From Thraustochytrium aureum (taxonomy: Eukaryota): DNA of 53,221 bases. Location of the stretch: positions 1-53,221 of the forward strand of contig BLSG01000079.1 in the NCBI GenBank assembly GCA_012862495.1, given 5' to 3'. The notes beneath the pieces are model-generated. The model was not told the DNA's origin. It did not search any database and saw only the letters and a list, made by a program, of their open reading frames with translations. Positions 47,801-53,221 of the stretch are shown here, in pieces; position 1 is the first letter of the stretch, and every line of letters begins with the position of its first letter. A program made the position numbers and the translations under genes.

Positions 47801-50800
47801 AGGGGGCGTCGTTCTTTGCGCTGCACTACCTGCCTTTCTTCAGCAACTGCCGCGAGTACGATTCTCGCATTTACATCTCCAAGTTGACGGAGATGCACCC
47901 CGCTCCGCATTGCACGCACGTGGCGCGGGAGGAGACGATCTACGTGAGCCCCTACCCTTGGCGCAAGCAAACCGAGCCGCTCGCTGACTCTTGCCGGCTT
48001 CCGCCGGACGAGCTTGTCAAGCTGTACTATCCGGACAAGTTTTGCGTTGACGCGGACGACTGCGCCGCAAAGGAGCCAGAGTACCCGGGCATGCGCATGT
48101 CCTGCGTTTTCGAGGAAGACGTGTACCAGGCGGGCTCCAAAACGAGATGGTTTGAGGCGAGCGAGGGCACAACGCTCTTCCACCTCACAAAGTTCCCCGT
48201 GAAAGCAGACGACTTTGTTGCCAGCGCAGAGCGCGACGAACCTTGGGGAAGGGGGTCCAAGCTCGCGCAGCTCATCGGCACGGAGGATTTGATCCCAATC
48301 GAGGTAATGGAGGAGTTTGGAAGCCAGGAGGCCCTCGTGCCGCGGCAGGTGCACTTCACCCTTTGGTACTACCAGCGTGAAGTAGCGAACAAGTCGATCG
48401 TGGCCGGTTCGGTCCAATTCGACGACATGTGCACGATCAGTGACGTCCCGGCCGTGATCGAGCGGTTCAGCCAGTACGACCCGCCCATCTTGCCTTGCAC
48501 AGCGGACGATTACAACTACACTTTGTTCTTCAAGTGGGCTCCCATGGGGTGGGGCGACCTAATCAACGCCTTCCAGTTCAGCTGGGACGTTTATGCGATG
48601 TTCTTCGCCGCGGTCGGCCTCGGGAGCGCCCTGGTGGGCTTTGCGCTGTGGCTGCTTTCTCGGATACTCACTCGGCTCAAGCACCCGCCGCCATTCAAGT
48701 TCTTCTCCTTTTACAAAATCGTGGCCTACCCTTCCGCTTATGGCATGCTGCTGAGCTCGATCCCGGTTGGCGTCTGCTCGGTGATTTTTTACGGCTGGTT
48801 CATCCTCTTGGCGAGCCCAGAGCCGCTCAAGACGCCGACGGCGATCAACTTTGAAGGTATTCCAGGGCACTTCCAAGACACCATTTCGCTCACCTCTGAG
48901 AACCAGGAGCGCTACCGCATGGGACGAATCGGCGTGGCTTGGTGCGTTGTCTCGGGGTATCTATTGGTCACGGCGGCCGGGCTCGTGGTCCCAGCAAATC
49001 GGTTCAACCAGCGCGCCCGTGATGAGCGGAGCAAGTACGGAATCCGACGAAAAGGCGACGACGGGTTCGACGACGACGAGGGGGACGAAGACGAGAATGG
49101 CAACCTGCCGGACGACGTGCCCCGAGACCTCGATGGCCGCCGGCTGCCGAGCGACGTTGGCGGCCTCGGTTTTGGAAGCGCAGTCACATTGTCGTCGCAA
49201 GCTTGGTCGAGTCGCTGCTTTTGTTGGTGATTTTTGAGTTTTCGTACAGCAACACGTTCGAGACATACGTGATCGAGTTTCTCGTCACGTTGAAACTCGC
49301 GCAGATTGTGATCGACACCGTGCTTGAAGACGTCCTGCGCGACGTGCTTGTCATGGCCCCATTCTTGGTGGTGATTCAGGTTGTGGAGATGACGGTGACC
49401 ATGGGTGCTTCGGACTTTCTGGACTTTGTGTCTTCGTACGTGGTCGAGCTGGGCATGATGCTGCTCGAACGTCTTGTTGTGGAGCCGATGAGCTCCTACG
49501 CGCGCTTGATGTGGCCGCGGTGGAGGATGCAGCTGGCCCGACGCTTTTGCAAGTCGCAGCGGCGCAAGATGACGCGCGAGCAGCGCGCCAAGGAGGAGCA
49601 GGAGTGGAAGCAGGTCAACGAGCTTATCGCGGTGGAAAGCGAGGGCGTGGAGCCGCTGCTCAGCTCTTACGCCACCTATGTGAATAGTGCGCAGGCGCTC
49701 ATGATGGCGCCGTACATCAACCTGTTCCTGATCCTGTTCGACAAGGTGACCGAAATTCCGGGAGGGTACGGCATCCGCGAGACGGACCTCAAGTTCTACT
49801 TTATGTTTAGCGCTATCGTGATCCCCTTTACGCTGGCGATGGACATGTTCCTGCTCAACACCCAAGAGCTCATCCAAGGCTTCAAGATTTACGAGTACGT
49901 GGCCTACCAGCAGTACAGGTTTTCTGTGCGAGAGAGGCGGTGGCAGATGGACGCAGACACCTTGGACGAGAGCATCCTCCCCAAGCTGCAGACTGTGGAC
50001 AACCTGTGCTTTTCGTCGCAGTACTACTTTATCACAGGATTGCACGCGTGGGGCATCATGCTTTTCGTGTTCGGAGTCACAATCCAAATCCGCAACACGT
50101 ACAACATGTTCGCCGACCCGGTTCTGCCTCTGCTCGTCCTCATCGTGATATTGCTGTGCGTGGTCATTCGCCGCGCCTCTGTCTATATCGGCAACAAGCT
50201 GCGCATTTGGCGGCTCAAGTCGCTCGAAGGCACCGTCGACGACGATGTCGCGGCGCGCCTTGCAGTGGGCGCAGGGCGCCCGGAAGACCTGGAACAGGAG
50301 CGGCTTGAGATGGCGGCGATGAACTCGGAGCGCTTCAGGCACCGGTTCCTGGAGCGCAACAGGCCGTGGATTCTGCAGCACCTTGTGGAACTTTTGACGC
50401 CCCGCACGCTCCAGATGCCAGGCCCTGACGGTAGGCCCAACATCGAGTACATTCGCGACGTCTACAACGACCTGATGACGATGGGTGAGGGCAAGCGCCG
50501 GCCCGGTGACGACGAGAACATTTCGAGTGACTCGGACGACGACCAGATCGCGGCCCGCCGGAATTGGTCCAAGGCGCCGGTGACTGGAGCTTCCAAGGCG
50601 ATTGCGTTGCTGTGGTTGGCGCGCGCGCGCCAGCGCAAGACCTTTGCCAAACTCGTTGCCGGGTACCTTGCCAAGCAGACCCAGGAGCAGTGCTCCCAGT
50701 GCGGGCGCAACACGCAGTCCGGCGCCACGATGCGGGCAGAGCTCGCTGACGAACAAGGCAAGGCAGACCCGAAGGCGCTCGACAGACTCATCCGCGAGTT

Positions 50801-52109
50801 TGAGGACACCTACCCGGGCAAATCCAACGACGGCGCTCTCTGGCAGGCGTTCTACCGGGGCCACGCGAGGTTTGTGACGCGTTGCAGCGTTTGCCTGGAC
50901 CAACAGCGCCAGGCCGAGCTCGAGCGAAAGCGGGCCGCTCGGGCCTCTGGCGACGGGCGCGTGGCGCGCGCCGTCGATATCTCGAGCGAAGAGGAGGACG
51001 ATGACGACGACGTTTTCGAGCCAGTCATCGTTTCGAGAACCTCTGTCGAGGGGCGCTCGTTGAGCAAGTGGCTGAACGCCGCACGTACGCGCCTGGGCGG
51101 CGAGTTCCCCCGACCGCACGCCCGCGAGGAGATGGCGGCCTACGCCACCAAAATGAAAGAGGCCAAGCTACGCCGCGATCAGCGCCAGAAGCGCAAGGAG
51201 AAACTCAGACAAAAGCGCGCGGGTGACCCGGCTTCAGAGGACCCCATGGCGTTCGGGCAGGTCCACCTGAACGCCGCCAGCACGGCTTTGCTGCAACTTT
51301 GGGTCAACAAGGCCCGCACATCGCTACAGACGTCGAGGAGGACTAAAGCAAGCGCGGTGCGGGAAGAGCTCGATGCAGTCCTCGGAAAGATCAAGGAGGA
51401 GGACGACNGGTTTTACACGGCTGAGTTTCGCGAGGAGGGCCTCCAGATCCAGGCTGAGGGTGCAGGGCTCGCTGAAACAGCGCGGGCGCTCGAGGCGGAC
51501 GCCGCTGTCAAGGCGTCAGAGATTGAACAAGGGTACGAGACGGCTCGACTGGACGTCGACAGCCAGATTGACCGCGCATCGTCTGCCTTTGAGGAGCTCG
51601 CGGCGGAGGAGCGCGTCAAGTGCCTCGAGTCGGCTGAGCAGCGCATCGCCGAGCTTCAGCGCACCTTGCAGGACAAGAAAGCGCAGTTTGCGTCCCGCGA
51701 CGCGAGCGGGCTGACGAGTGCGGAGAAGACCGCAGCGCTGCGCGAGCACGAGGCGGACTGCAAGGCCACAGAGGAGCTGATCGAGACCGAGCGGGACCGC
51801 CAGCTTGCCAAGATGGAGGAGAGCCTCAAGCCGAAGCGCGAGGCGATGCGTGAGCAGGTCTCTACGCTCAAGCGCCAGCTCGCAGCAAAGCGACGTGCAA
51901 CAAGCGACAGCGTCCGCCTCATCCACAAGCGTGTCTTCGACGAGACTTCGCCTAAAGAAACGCGGTGGCAGCGGAGGGCTGTCGTGTTTCTGGAGAAGGC
52001 GCGCCGCAAGATCAAAGCCAAGGCAGAGGAGGAGGACACTCGAGCGCAGCAGCAGGAAGAGCGCAAGGCGGGTCGCCGCCGCCGCCGCGCTGCAGCAGCC
52101 AGCAAATAA
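14898..52109 (+). CDS. Giant (~12,000 aa) multi-pass cell-surface protein: SP-LamG x2-cadherin-like-IPT/TIG array-EVQ repeats-GCC2/GCC3 Cys repeats-multi-TM-CxxC/coiled coil; interrupted by ~10 indels and 3 gaps
   Basis: Consecutive + ORFs abut or overlap with no intergenic DNA: 14418..16235, 16099..16365, 16278..18842, 18844..21084, 21036..22445, 22265..24022, 23952..24953, 24983..27442, 27382..31875, 32064.., 32945..47248, 47143..49230, 49203..52109. Domain motifs continue across most junctions. Only the first piece has a signal peptide (ATG 14898, MRVGRTLAAGLAVAAAAGLTAQSGA). The stop is TAA ending at 52109. Confidence 0.75.
14995..16375 (+). other. Two LamG/concanavalin-A-like domains of the giant protein
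   Basis: First domain: LVAYWPFDD, ALYFNG, FTIGAWV, WTLVAV, FRGAVREVFAYNSALTSAQL. Second domain: ATLAAWVKP, WTHICVTW, LFLDG, FSGMLDEVQVWERALDASEI, GLAVYLNFE. Confidence 0.75.
16510..17265 (+). other. Cadherin-like / Ig-like units of the giant protein
   Basis: ENEPVLFLLNASDLQGRAVDFVVTSLP..LTFSP..LRY; VDHQP..VDDVDA..TIEVDDRGNFGKGGP, with acidic motifs typical of Ca-binding linkers. Confidence 0.5.
27583..27747. other. Assembly gap with overlapping flanks (false gap)
   Basis: The 36 bp at 27547-27582 are identical to 27748-27783. Confidence 0.9.
32684..32850. other. Assembly gap with overlapping flanks (false gap)
   Basis: TTCAACTCT lies on both sides. Merging gives GFEESSTLQCRFAPASGQGHTAVSRAAFLSENAVRCMTPP, a complete IPT unit in frame with ORF 32945. 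Confidence 0.85.
32945..47248 (+). CDS. Longest uninterrupted segment (4767 codons) of the giant gene: IPT, EVQ and Cys-rich regions
   Basis: A 14.3-kb stop-free frame. Its start is an internal Met of an IPT unit (AVRC-MTPP), so it is not an independent gene start. Confidence 0.7.
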   Translation: MTPPALPAQSAAVVAVTTNGVDFTNEAPVFTYDPVPSIRAVAPEHGSLDGGISVSVYGAGFADKSGLACRFGLALPSPAHFVSESEIICEAPSAGFVGPVLVQVTSNGIDFSSDIVQFFYVGQPVVYSANPATGPERGGTLVRVIGSNFVVGDGTDHDSGSLLCLFGEVAVPVERGETDQEIFCSTPAMLSNTSTVALSVVRRSDFGSGGAWSASPAFSVAFTFHPDIELESIYPPLGGVLGGTIVSIRGSNMVGEDLECQFDGTISTRAKAVSTELLQCPVPVWSGPVPSNVAVRVSVNGQDYSPGTGLQFTFVAEPTVTHLSSHRGLATGGSPIRVFGSGFLRTPLIACRVGEVVTTPVAVSPLLDYVDCVAPPAVRPSDEVQLVVLKRLVQQQTVQSVTVLARPTQREVQRVVLSAWGQDPDGTGDLAEVQAIRTTASSVIFGSFRLSFRGDQTADLPFDISEDGMQAALNGLGQIENVLVSRSAHGSHGLEWLVTFAGNAGDIEPLETEFSGLGAISSGDARVAVVELRAGTSTPINSGTFLLELNQRSMLVAFDAAEEDMVTAFEYLFDPLVGFEATRTSVADRNGGHEWLVTFPANAEVDHPAPRVDASGLAPATLAAGSVVTVQDGSTLGGTFQLLFAGLESRPLPFDASAQAVRDAFAQDFGVSASVSANATSGAEWDERSWDISVESIEGHLPALEVNSSALTGASAFARVETIQPGSRALRGAFRLAFQSEETGFLDCNSTAEQVRDALESLPGIGSVVVSRSDQVIGSHSVRTWAVSFTSTGTPANIGPQPLLDVLDEDRVVGVGVNIGVIRDQVGCCRVGVTVDGQRFTESAEAFRYDDHVAVTSLSPRFGPSSGGTTLEIRGTGFFAHGQIGCIFDGSAETAATFVSSTEIRCAVPKMHNTAGHALSPYSIVNVRYHLGQSEAESFDGLSSAYFTFIEPAPTVVSFTPTSGIHLGGTVLRVDLGAELHPAVEALVVEPLCRFESIAVLVPGEIKGHRYILCRTPVARPGDTTSLQVSLNGKDFSSSGGMFSFRAPVVISQATPLLGPSTGGTDIVVRGSGFRRDSTLTCDFGRGMLSPAEWLGPEALRCASPAFIEPRNGTTKWVLLKTTGGAARLSALAGAASERAACSSASVEHATHGGERAYYDGTIWYGLASLTDCALDVLAFKNVSIDGNRDEVVALQEPFGLLSVTTNAQEFSNPIVYRYHTPIVAASASPLEGTAAGGTLVAIELYESLDTDVADSITCWFGDKSVPPKEVIVENATVVCQTPAMGDTAAFEGDWGQGNGEVMVRLSANGGADFALGTFAFEYHEQVVLAELVPLHGPLSGGTKITIRGLGFEALQAQNELFCSFGAATTAASELSSTATHSAARVHSSTEIECLTPPADAFKDGFARVDIASGNPPIRTSGSGLKYVYDTEIVVRSVFPALGPSTGGTEVVVVGGPFPETRRAMGLFKCKFGDAAVNATWLSRSELTCQAPALAPVPTIEEIQLPGAGPLARVERISVMADPPSDEVFDLRFKVLGREVESDVQRVILRPSPTLQAVQRIIVTRAPSNRAEVHTISTAVNAAARETYSISVSAEDSDADALYELVIDVDANALGAVSEVQRIVVGAANGLAGSFDLGMLGVGAGTPLAFNSPAEAVRVALASAFPSVAAGVTVSVDAPNTHDDLQYAWLVTFPAGTDVPLLSVGTANLAGNASFGLGQVVERGGEAEVQTLVLTMSETNALHVELGGARSSTLLSMEDFSDAARVLLWIESVPTLGSGAVQIASNPAHSDASQAAWDVTFSRVCGNQPELLVVGSLAGSGVVAVKNGTTSCLGGVIQLDAKADEGDFDGQSSASVQVDVDVAPATADKVVGDAFKQAFPLFARERFGASLDRIQSSLQDSGTRRFVLRVPQQVKLSFGTNATELLQGSQVQVSLNKLSVPSLSGSFTIGLRTATAGTLSETTVLAAASSSAADVEAALRSAIPGLPLGAVQKVSDTPTNQKWLVEMEALSKTTSIRAKLEPGPSTALTGATLRVDLVQPGTVFAIHGIETDTVSRSGRLSGVFGLQFPDTQERVRGLPHNIGPSELEDQIHLQAPSMGAVIVSRQNTIATAERAGFRWEITFVERAGDVALVSIDASQLFSNLPGDSPGVVAEDVQKGTGGDLNGVFAILCPGCHTEPRPVLVRHNASESELQVAVNELLAQGGSSALVASVSRRSTSVSNSAYSWDVTFASGKNDTPPPRLEVDRATLAGSGVRVSLERQVAASVAEIQTLSVPLGVADDLGCSLQLGAPLGAADLGISYSSSSSFVEEQFRRATGEQVSVSRSDTNGERTWAITFVDRVGDVRDDLIQCLEVQATVVESVHGTGEALSGHFQLVWGSEATVPIAFDASATQLQDALLPVVGPVVVSEVSDWIDVNGGRAWDVTIFSADDFGLEPLPLDLLAGNNAVLKVVETQRATWRGVAVGLQFQGVSLGTVAAGASAQVVQDLLESSTFIDRVQVTQTAPNSVGELVWTISFVHFENGQFTQNLGELPLLQVESVGSEDLAVLVEKVTNGTLPPEGSISVWFADYLGNAESIQVSGPSLASGQVRLSLQAAIARQRPELDVAEIAVKQTGPDATGRTNWEVRLPHEKGPYPSRSTSSNFPGDNTVAFGAESIGIARSPLSGYIAMTWDAGSLTTASLPWNATAEEVEDALESPSLSGLLDVAVTRSTVNDYSVEWLVTFLDHNLDDNQGPALLGINTEALTGSSNHQGAVQVVTLPRWHESQTVELVTAAGQTLAGTFQIVLPDDWFAVGRAEAQWVLAEDRTAPLPWNASASHVSDAINAVTRAHKVPQPAVEVVDVAAGSWRINSLTMPGNLAELGLDTSGLAGLARAEVHETRAGTTSVLSGSFSLTVRGPCFGQVCKQQTTRSISHDASEEDVLEALESSGAELGPVQVHSTPVTEHGARAWRVTFASGMPLGHLGVASASVQGAAGPVAVQPLRQGNARSVGGVPVEVSANGGATFSNSRGKAVFVYKPVINVLGVYPTHGPLAGGTNVVVVGEYFSRDEGSSLACKFEHTRARASQASAAGNDGIVVDAVFVNSTMIVCRAPPSPRPGVALVKVGHRGSVFSPDSLVRYTYDENIVVTLVEPREAPILDSAPVTFRLFGTGFLPSDELQCQFGSFVRVPGHWLSGSSIECTVPSGSFTEPARVEVKVTNNGQDMASAQLDVVLFEPPVVERMWPQGGPFERPGTQVVFRGSKFANTTGLCCRFAGSLVVPAGFVSSTEISCKSPAIPSVDLVHLSQLAHADGEALFAGAHDFPLSTGRLVDVEVSNNCVDFHASGFRFFYYADLSVRSVVPSKGYSSGALEVDLVVLGEGFLNTTLLVCRFGLTEHRATFLSPEALICHVRASPEESIVLAGDALGDGRAGVLGASGKHFVVEVSANGGVDFSTGFATFHYLGPCPGGYYCPDWQNVRLCPPGAFCPGTGNFNFTLCGLGTYQPSAGADACLRCPIGYACPEEGMHVPRICPAGYVCDVTGITEPRMPCPEGHFCLEGTATTATSCGDPSVLSSALTPSKRYGELVGTIRKNRVPQGGDLVLGSRSTACWNNATTDFGLQVSEYPARFWMERHQLPLDPSATLVPIRGRYCLDDRCMRLDDAADMRVTDYAFDYQAFNLRRPVPCPAGMYCAPGTAVDAGNMKNFSTPQPCFESMYCPEGSGSPRGVGGCPVGYYCPFGEKLPCPVGTYCPRAGLDRPLPCPPATFNAMVGQSRCSTCPAGYICPGFGRVSPAICPAGYICSVDGLSSADNRCPAGFYCPNGTLTADPFRNDTTLRPYPCQPGTYCMGGVGYDEVREGDVLHAQSCAEGFYCEAGSTSPKGSGLCPKGFYCPRNTATPIPTEPGTFAEMEGTVQAAKCLPGYYAPTIETVQCYPCPAGTQCVNDGTSEALVCPPGTYKTMTAPGESVVCRGCPAGTWSKNWELRDASECTPCPPGVTCPMDGMTFPCSHIDLPQPYSPTGLGESEWTCLNKGSNFFFGYIQCPVDDRGRGPNFARSSDPQGTARTITCEDGLQRTVTAQCYRNSQPDGSKVYQRFKDFHGPLYEIQSGGVYHQGYGDETYEGHFGRGSLFIEHPVSEMFLASRNCTSGYFSYNASLRTELWYPGSCEADLICDYDVKPESQPCSEGHVCSSKTNAITALDVQCDAGYTCDFGTTHDTSLESPQGRFRDLCDPGYYCGRGTGLGQALSKPCPPGYFCPTGTGNPFLGVMAGDSLRRGLGRDTSDPFREMLYVANWDPVGFEPRNISAHDDRCFKGINEELKSTFSVKIDPATGAYDGVIAESVANDLLCGRDHKWRLVADTINRQRCDCDTFFARLEVVYLLWRCSKYGLDCGLLADSSDTSGEGTGNGSPFVVTFSHTASEVLFIQSFELCFMAIDAGIQCGNNTALLFAGTEETPAAAAPHVQVDESCIGNPDCFCTTGENAGLAQAEEDMCRLYKFRNDGAGRKRSRSFLSFDDLKSFVLSADENLVEEDDSVALGKRLAGAHGYSGDTAYEPYQGAVASQLNVKMNCKDTKRCNYVDPLLFDLWSAVKLVDDYANLTGTLLQQNRLDMCACQDLNRCPDGTVSAGGAQDIYDCVKTGEDILTRFMPVTPSNPIINMEGWEATVPLSDRKIADDELPLFGPYHESQVAGFGTIPLKAWDVAVITLDLRDVVRNMTYNAHYQLSIYIDCKPCVVRYICPDEDAAAADRPACCDCKRHGLPTFSRTTTRSQRITRTTSMRSCSFR
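43283..47160 (+). other. GCC2/GCC3 (ephrin-receptor-like / TNFR-like) cysteine-rich repeats
   Basis: Many CPxGxYC / CPPGTF motifs, e.g. CPGGYYC, CPPGAFC, CPAGYVC, CPEGHFC, CPVGYYC, CPAGFYC, CPPGYFCPTGT. Confidence 0.85.
48583..50175 (+). other. Multi-pass transmembrane region (~9-11 hydrophobic helices) of the giant protein
   Basis: Hydrophobic segments run from YAMFFAAVGLGSALVGFALWLL to PVLPLLVLIVILLCVVI. They are continuous once the frameshift near 49157 is corrected. Confidence 0.75.
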
Positions 52110-52519
52110 CAACAGCACAATCCTTTTACATGCATTTCCGATTCGGCATCCTCAGCCGGCCCCCGACGTGCCAAGCGAACCTGCATTTGGCTGGCGGCGA
52201 GAGCGTCTCGCGCCTCAATGGCCGCAGCCGCAGATCGCGCTCGCGCGAGAACTGTAGGGCGCGCTGCTGGGCAACGTGAAGTTGGTGCCAAAGGCAGAAG
52301 GAAACAAAGAACACAAACAATTGGTTTTGAAGCGTACTCGAGTACTTTCTTGATCTTGAAGCAGGTGGTGTACGCGAGTGCCGAAGGGAGCCTCTAGAGC
52401 TCTAGCGTGAGTCCTCACTCGTGTAGAGTACTTTGGCTGAAAACCCTTTTCCAAGGCGCCCAAGAGGCAAAAGCTCGCTCGTCCAACAAGCTGTTGGCGC
52501 GCCAAGGGCCACGGCCCGC

Positions 52520-53041
52520 CTACACCGCAAAGACGCGCCAAGCCAGGGCGCTAAGAAGCACAAACTTGAACACGACCCAGTACAGGTCGATGTACGCGAT
52601 ATCCTCGCCGAGCTTGACGCAGCGCCACGCGCCGTCCTTGCCTTTGCGAAACGAGTTGGTGTACCAGCCACCAACCGTAAACAGCGGCACCGTCGGCAGC
52701 AGCACAAACACGCATGGGTTATGAAACATGGCCCGCACCGTCGCCGCGCCCTCGTCCGCCGGATCAAACTCGACGACCATATTCGCCACCATATGCTGCG
52801 TCCTCGCAAACATGTTCATCGACGTCGATATCCACGGCACAATCTCGTCCAGCGGCCCACACTTGGCGCCAAGCACATTCACCACGCCGCAAAACAACAA
52901 CCCCGAGCGATAATCCAGCCAGGCATCCTCCTCAAACAGCCTGGCGTACGCGCCCCACTTGCGTCCATCCACCGCATCCGCATACAGCGCAAACCACGCG
53001 CGCAGCGCCACCCTATCCTCAACCCTGTCCGCGCGCGACAT
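52520..53041 (-). CDS. SnoaL-like / NTF2-superfamily protein with C-terminal hydrophobic tail
   Basis: 173-aa ATG ORF with SnoaL_4-like motifs DRVALRAWFALYADAVDGRKW..LFEEDAWLDY..TQHMVANMVVEF..ATVRAMFHNP..GGWYTNSFRKGKDGAWR, ending in LYWVVFKFVLLSALAWRVFAV. Confidence 0.8.
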   Translation of the reverse strand: MSRADRVEDRVALRAWFALYADAVDGRKWGAYARLFEEDAWLDYRSGLLFCGVVNVLGAKCGPLDEIVPWISTSMNMFARTQHMVANMVVEFDPADEGAATVRAMFHNPCVFVLLPTVPLFTVGGWYTNSFRKGKDGAWRCVKLGEDIAYIDLYWVVFKFVLLSALAWRVFAV

Positions 53042-53221
53042 CCCCGGCGCCCAAACAACAAGCGCCCAAGCCCACCACCCGACCCCAAACGCAACCGGGC
53101 TCTGCGCACGTACTCACCCGTGCGCACGCCACCACCACCAGACCCCGAGCGTCAGGGGCTCACCTCCCACTCGGTCGGACGACACACCAAAAAAGTGGCG
53201 AGAAGATAAAGAAAGGTAGGG

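Noticed and set aside
16090..49160. Programmed ribosomal frameshifting or an operon of separate adhesin genes
   Set aside because: There is no shared slippery motif, the breaks fall mid-domain, downstream pieces lack signal peptides, and the same error type occurs in another gene (5544).
48912..51119. 735-aa antisense ORF and the many other shadow ORFs
   Set aside because: They overlap well-supported genes in GC-rich DNA with biased codon usage and show no recognisable motifs.
53102..53163. Possible 5'-UTR intron (GTGAGC...GCAG, minus strand) upstream of the SnoaL gene
   Set aside because: Only generic splice-like words are present, with no well-placed branch point or pyrimidine tract. It cannot be supported without transcripts.

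Overview
Eukaryotic, GC-rich, gene-dense draft-assembly DNA with no intron I can demonstrate. It has 7 N-gaps and recurrent 1-bp indels. The style suggests a stramenopile protist such as a thraustochytrid, which is an inference only. Six genes alternate strictly in strand (+ - + - + -). They are: (1) an NHL-repeat/coiled-coil protein; (2) a ~2,100-aa coiled-coil protein split by one frameshift; (3) a GCIP/CCNDBP1-family protein; (4) a protein with DIxGAxP and DPLxPxY repeats; (5) a single ~37-kb gene (14898-52109); and (6) a bacterial-looking SnoaL/NTF2-like protein with a C-terminal membrane anchor. The ORF track splits gene 5 into about 12 pieces. These reconnect into one ~12,000-aa surface protein: signal peptide, 2 LamG, cadherin-like units, ~60-65 IPT/TIG repeats, two nested EVQ-repeat inserts, GCC2/GCC3-type Cys repeats, ~9-11 TM helices, and a cytoplasmic CxxC/coiled-coil tail. 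A 37-bp TGATCA-core minisatellite lies between the divergent genes 2 and 3. I found no RNA genes, CRISPR arrays or transposons. All family calls come from motif recognition by eye, not database searches.
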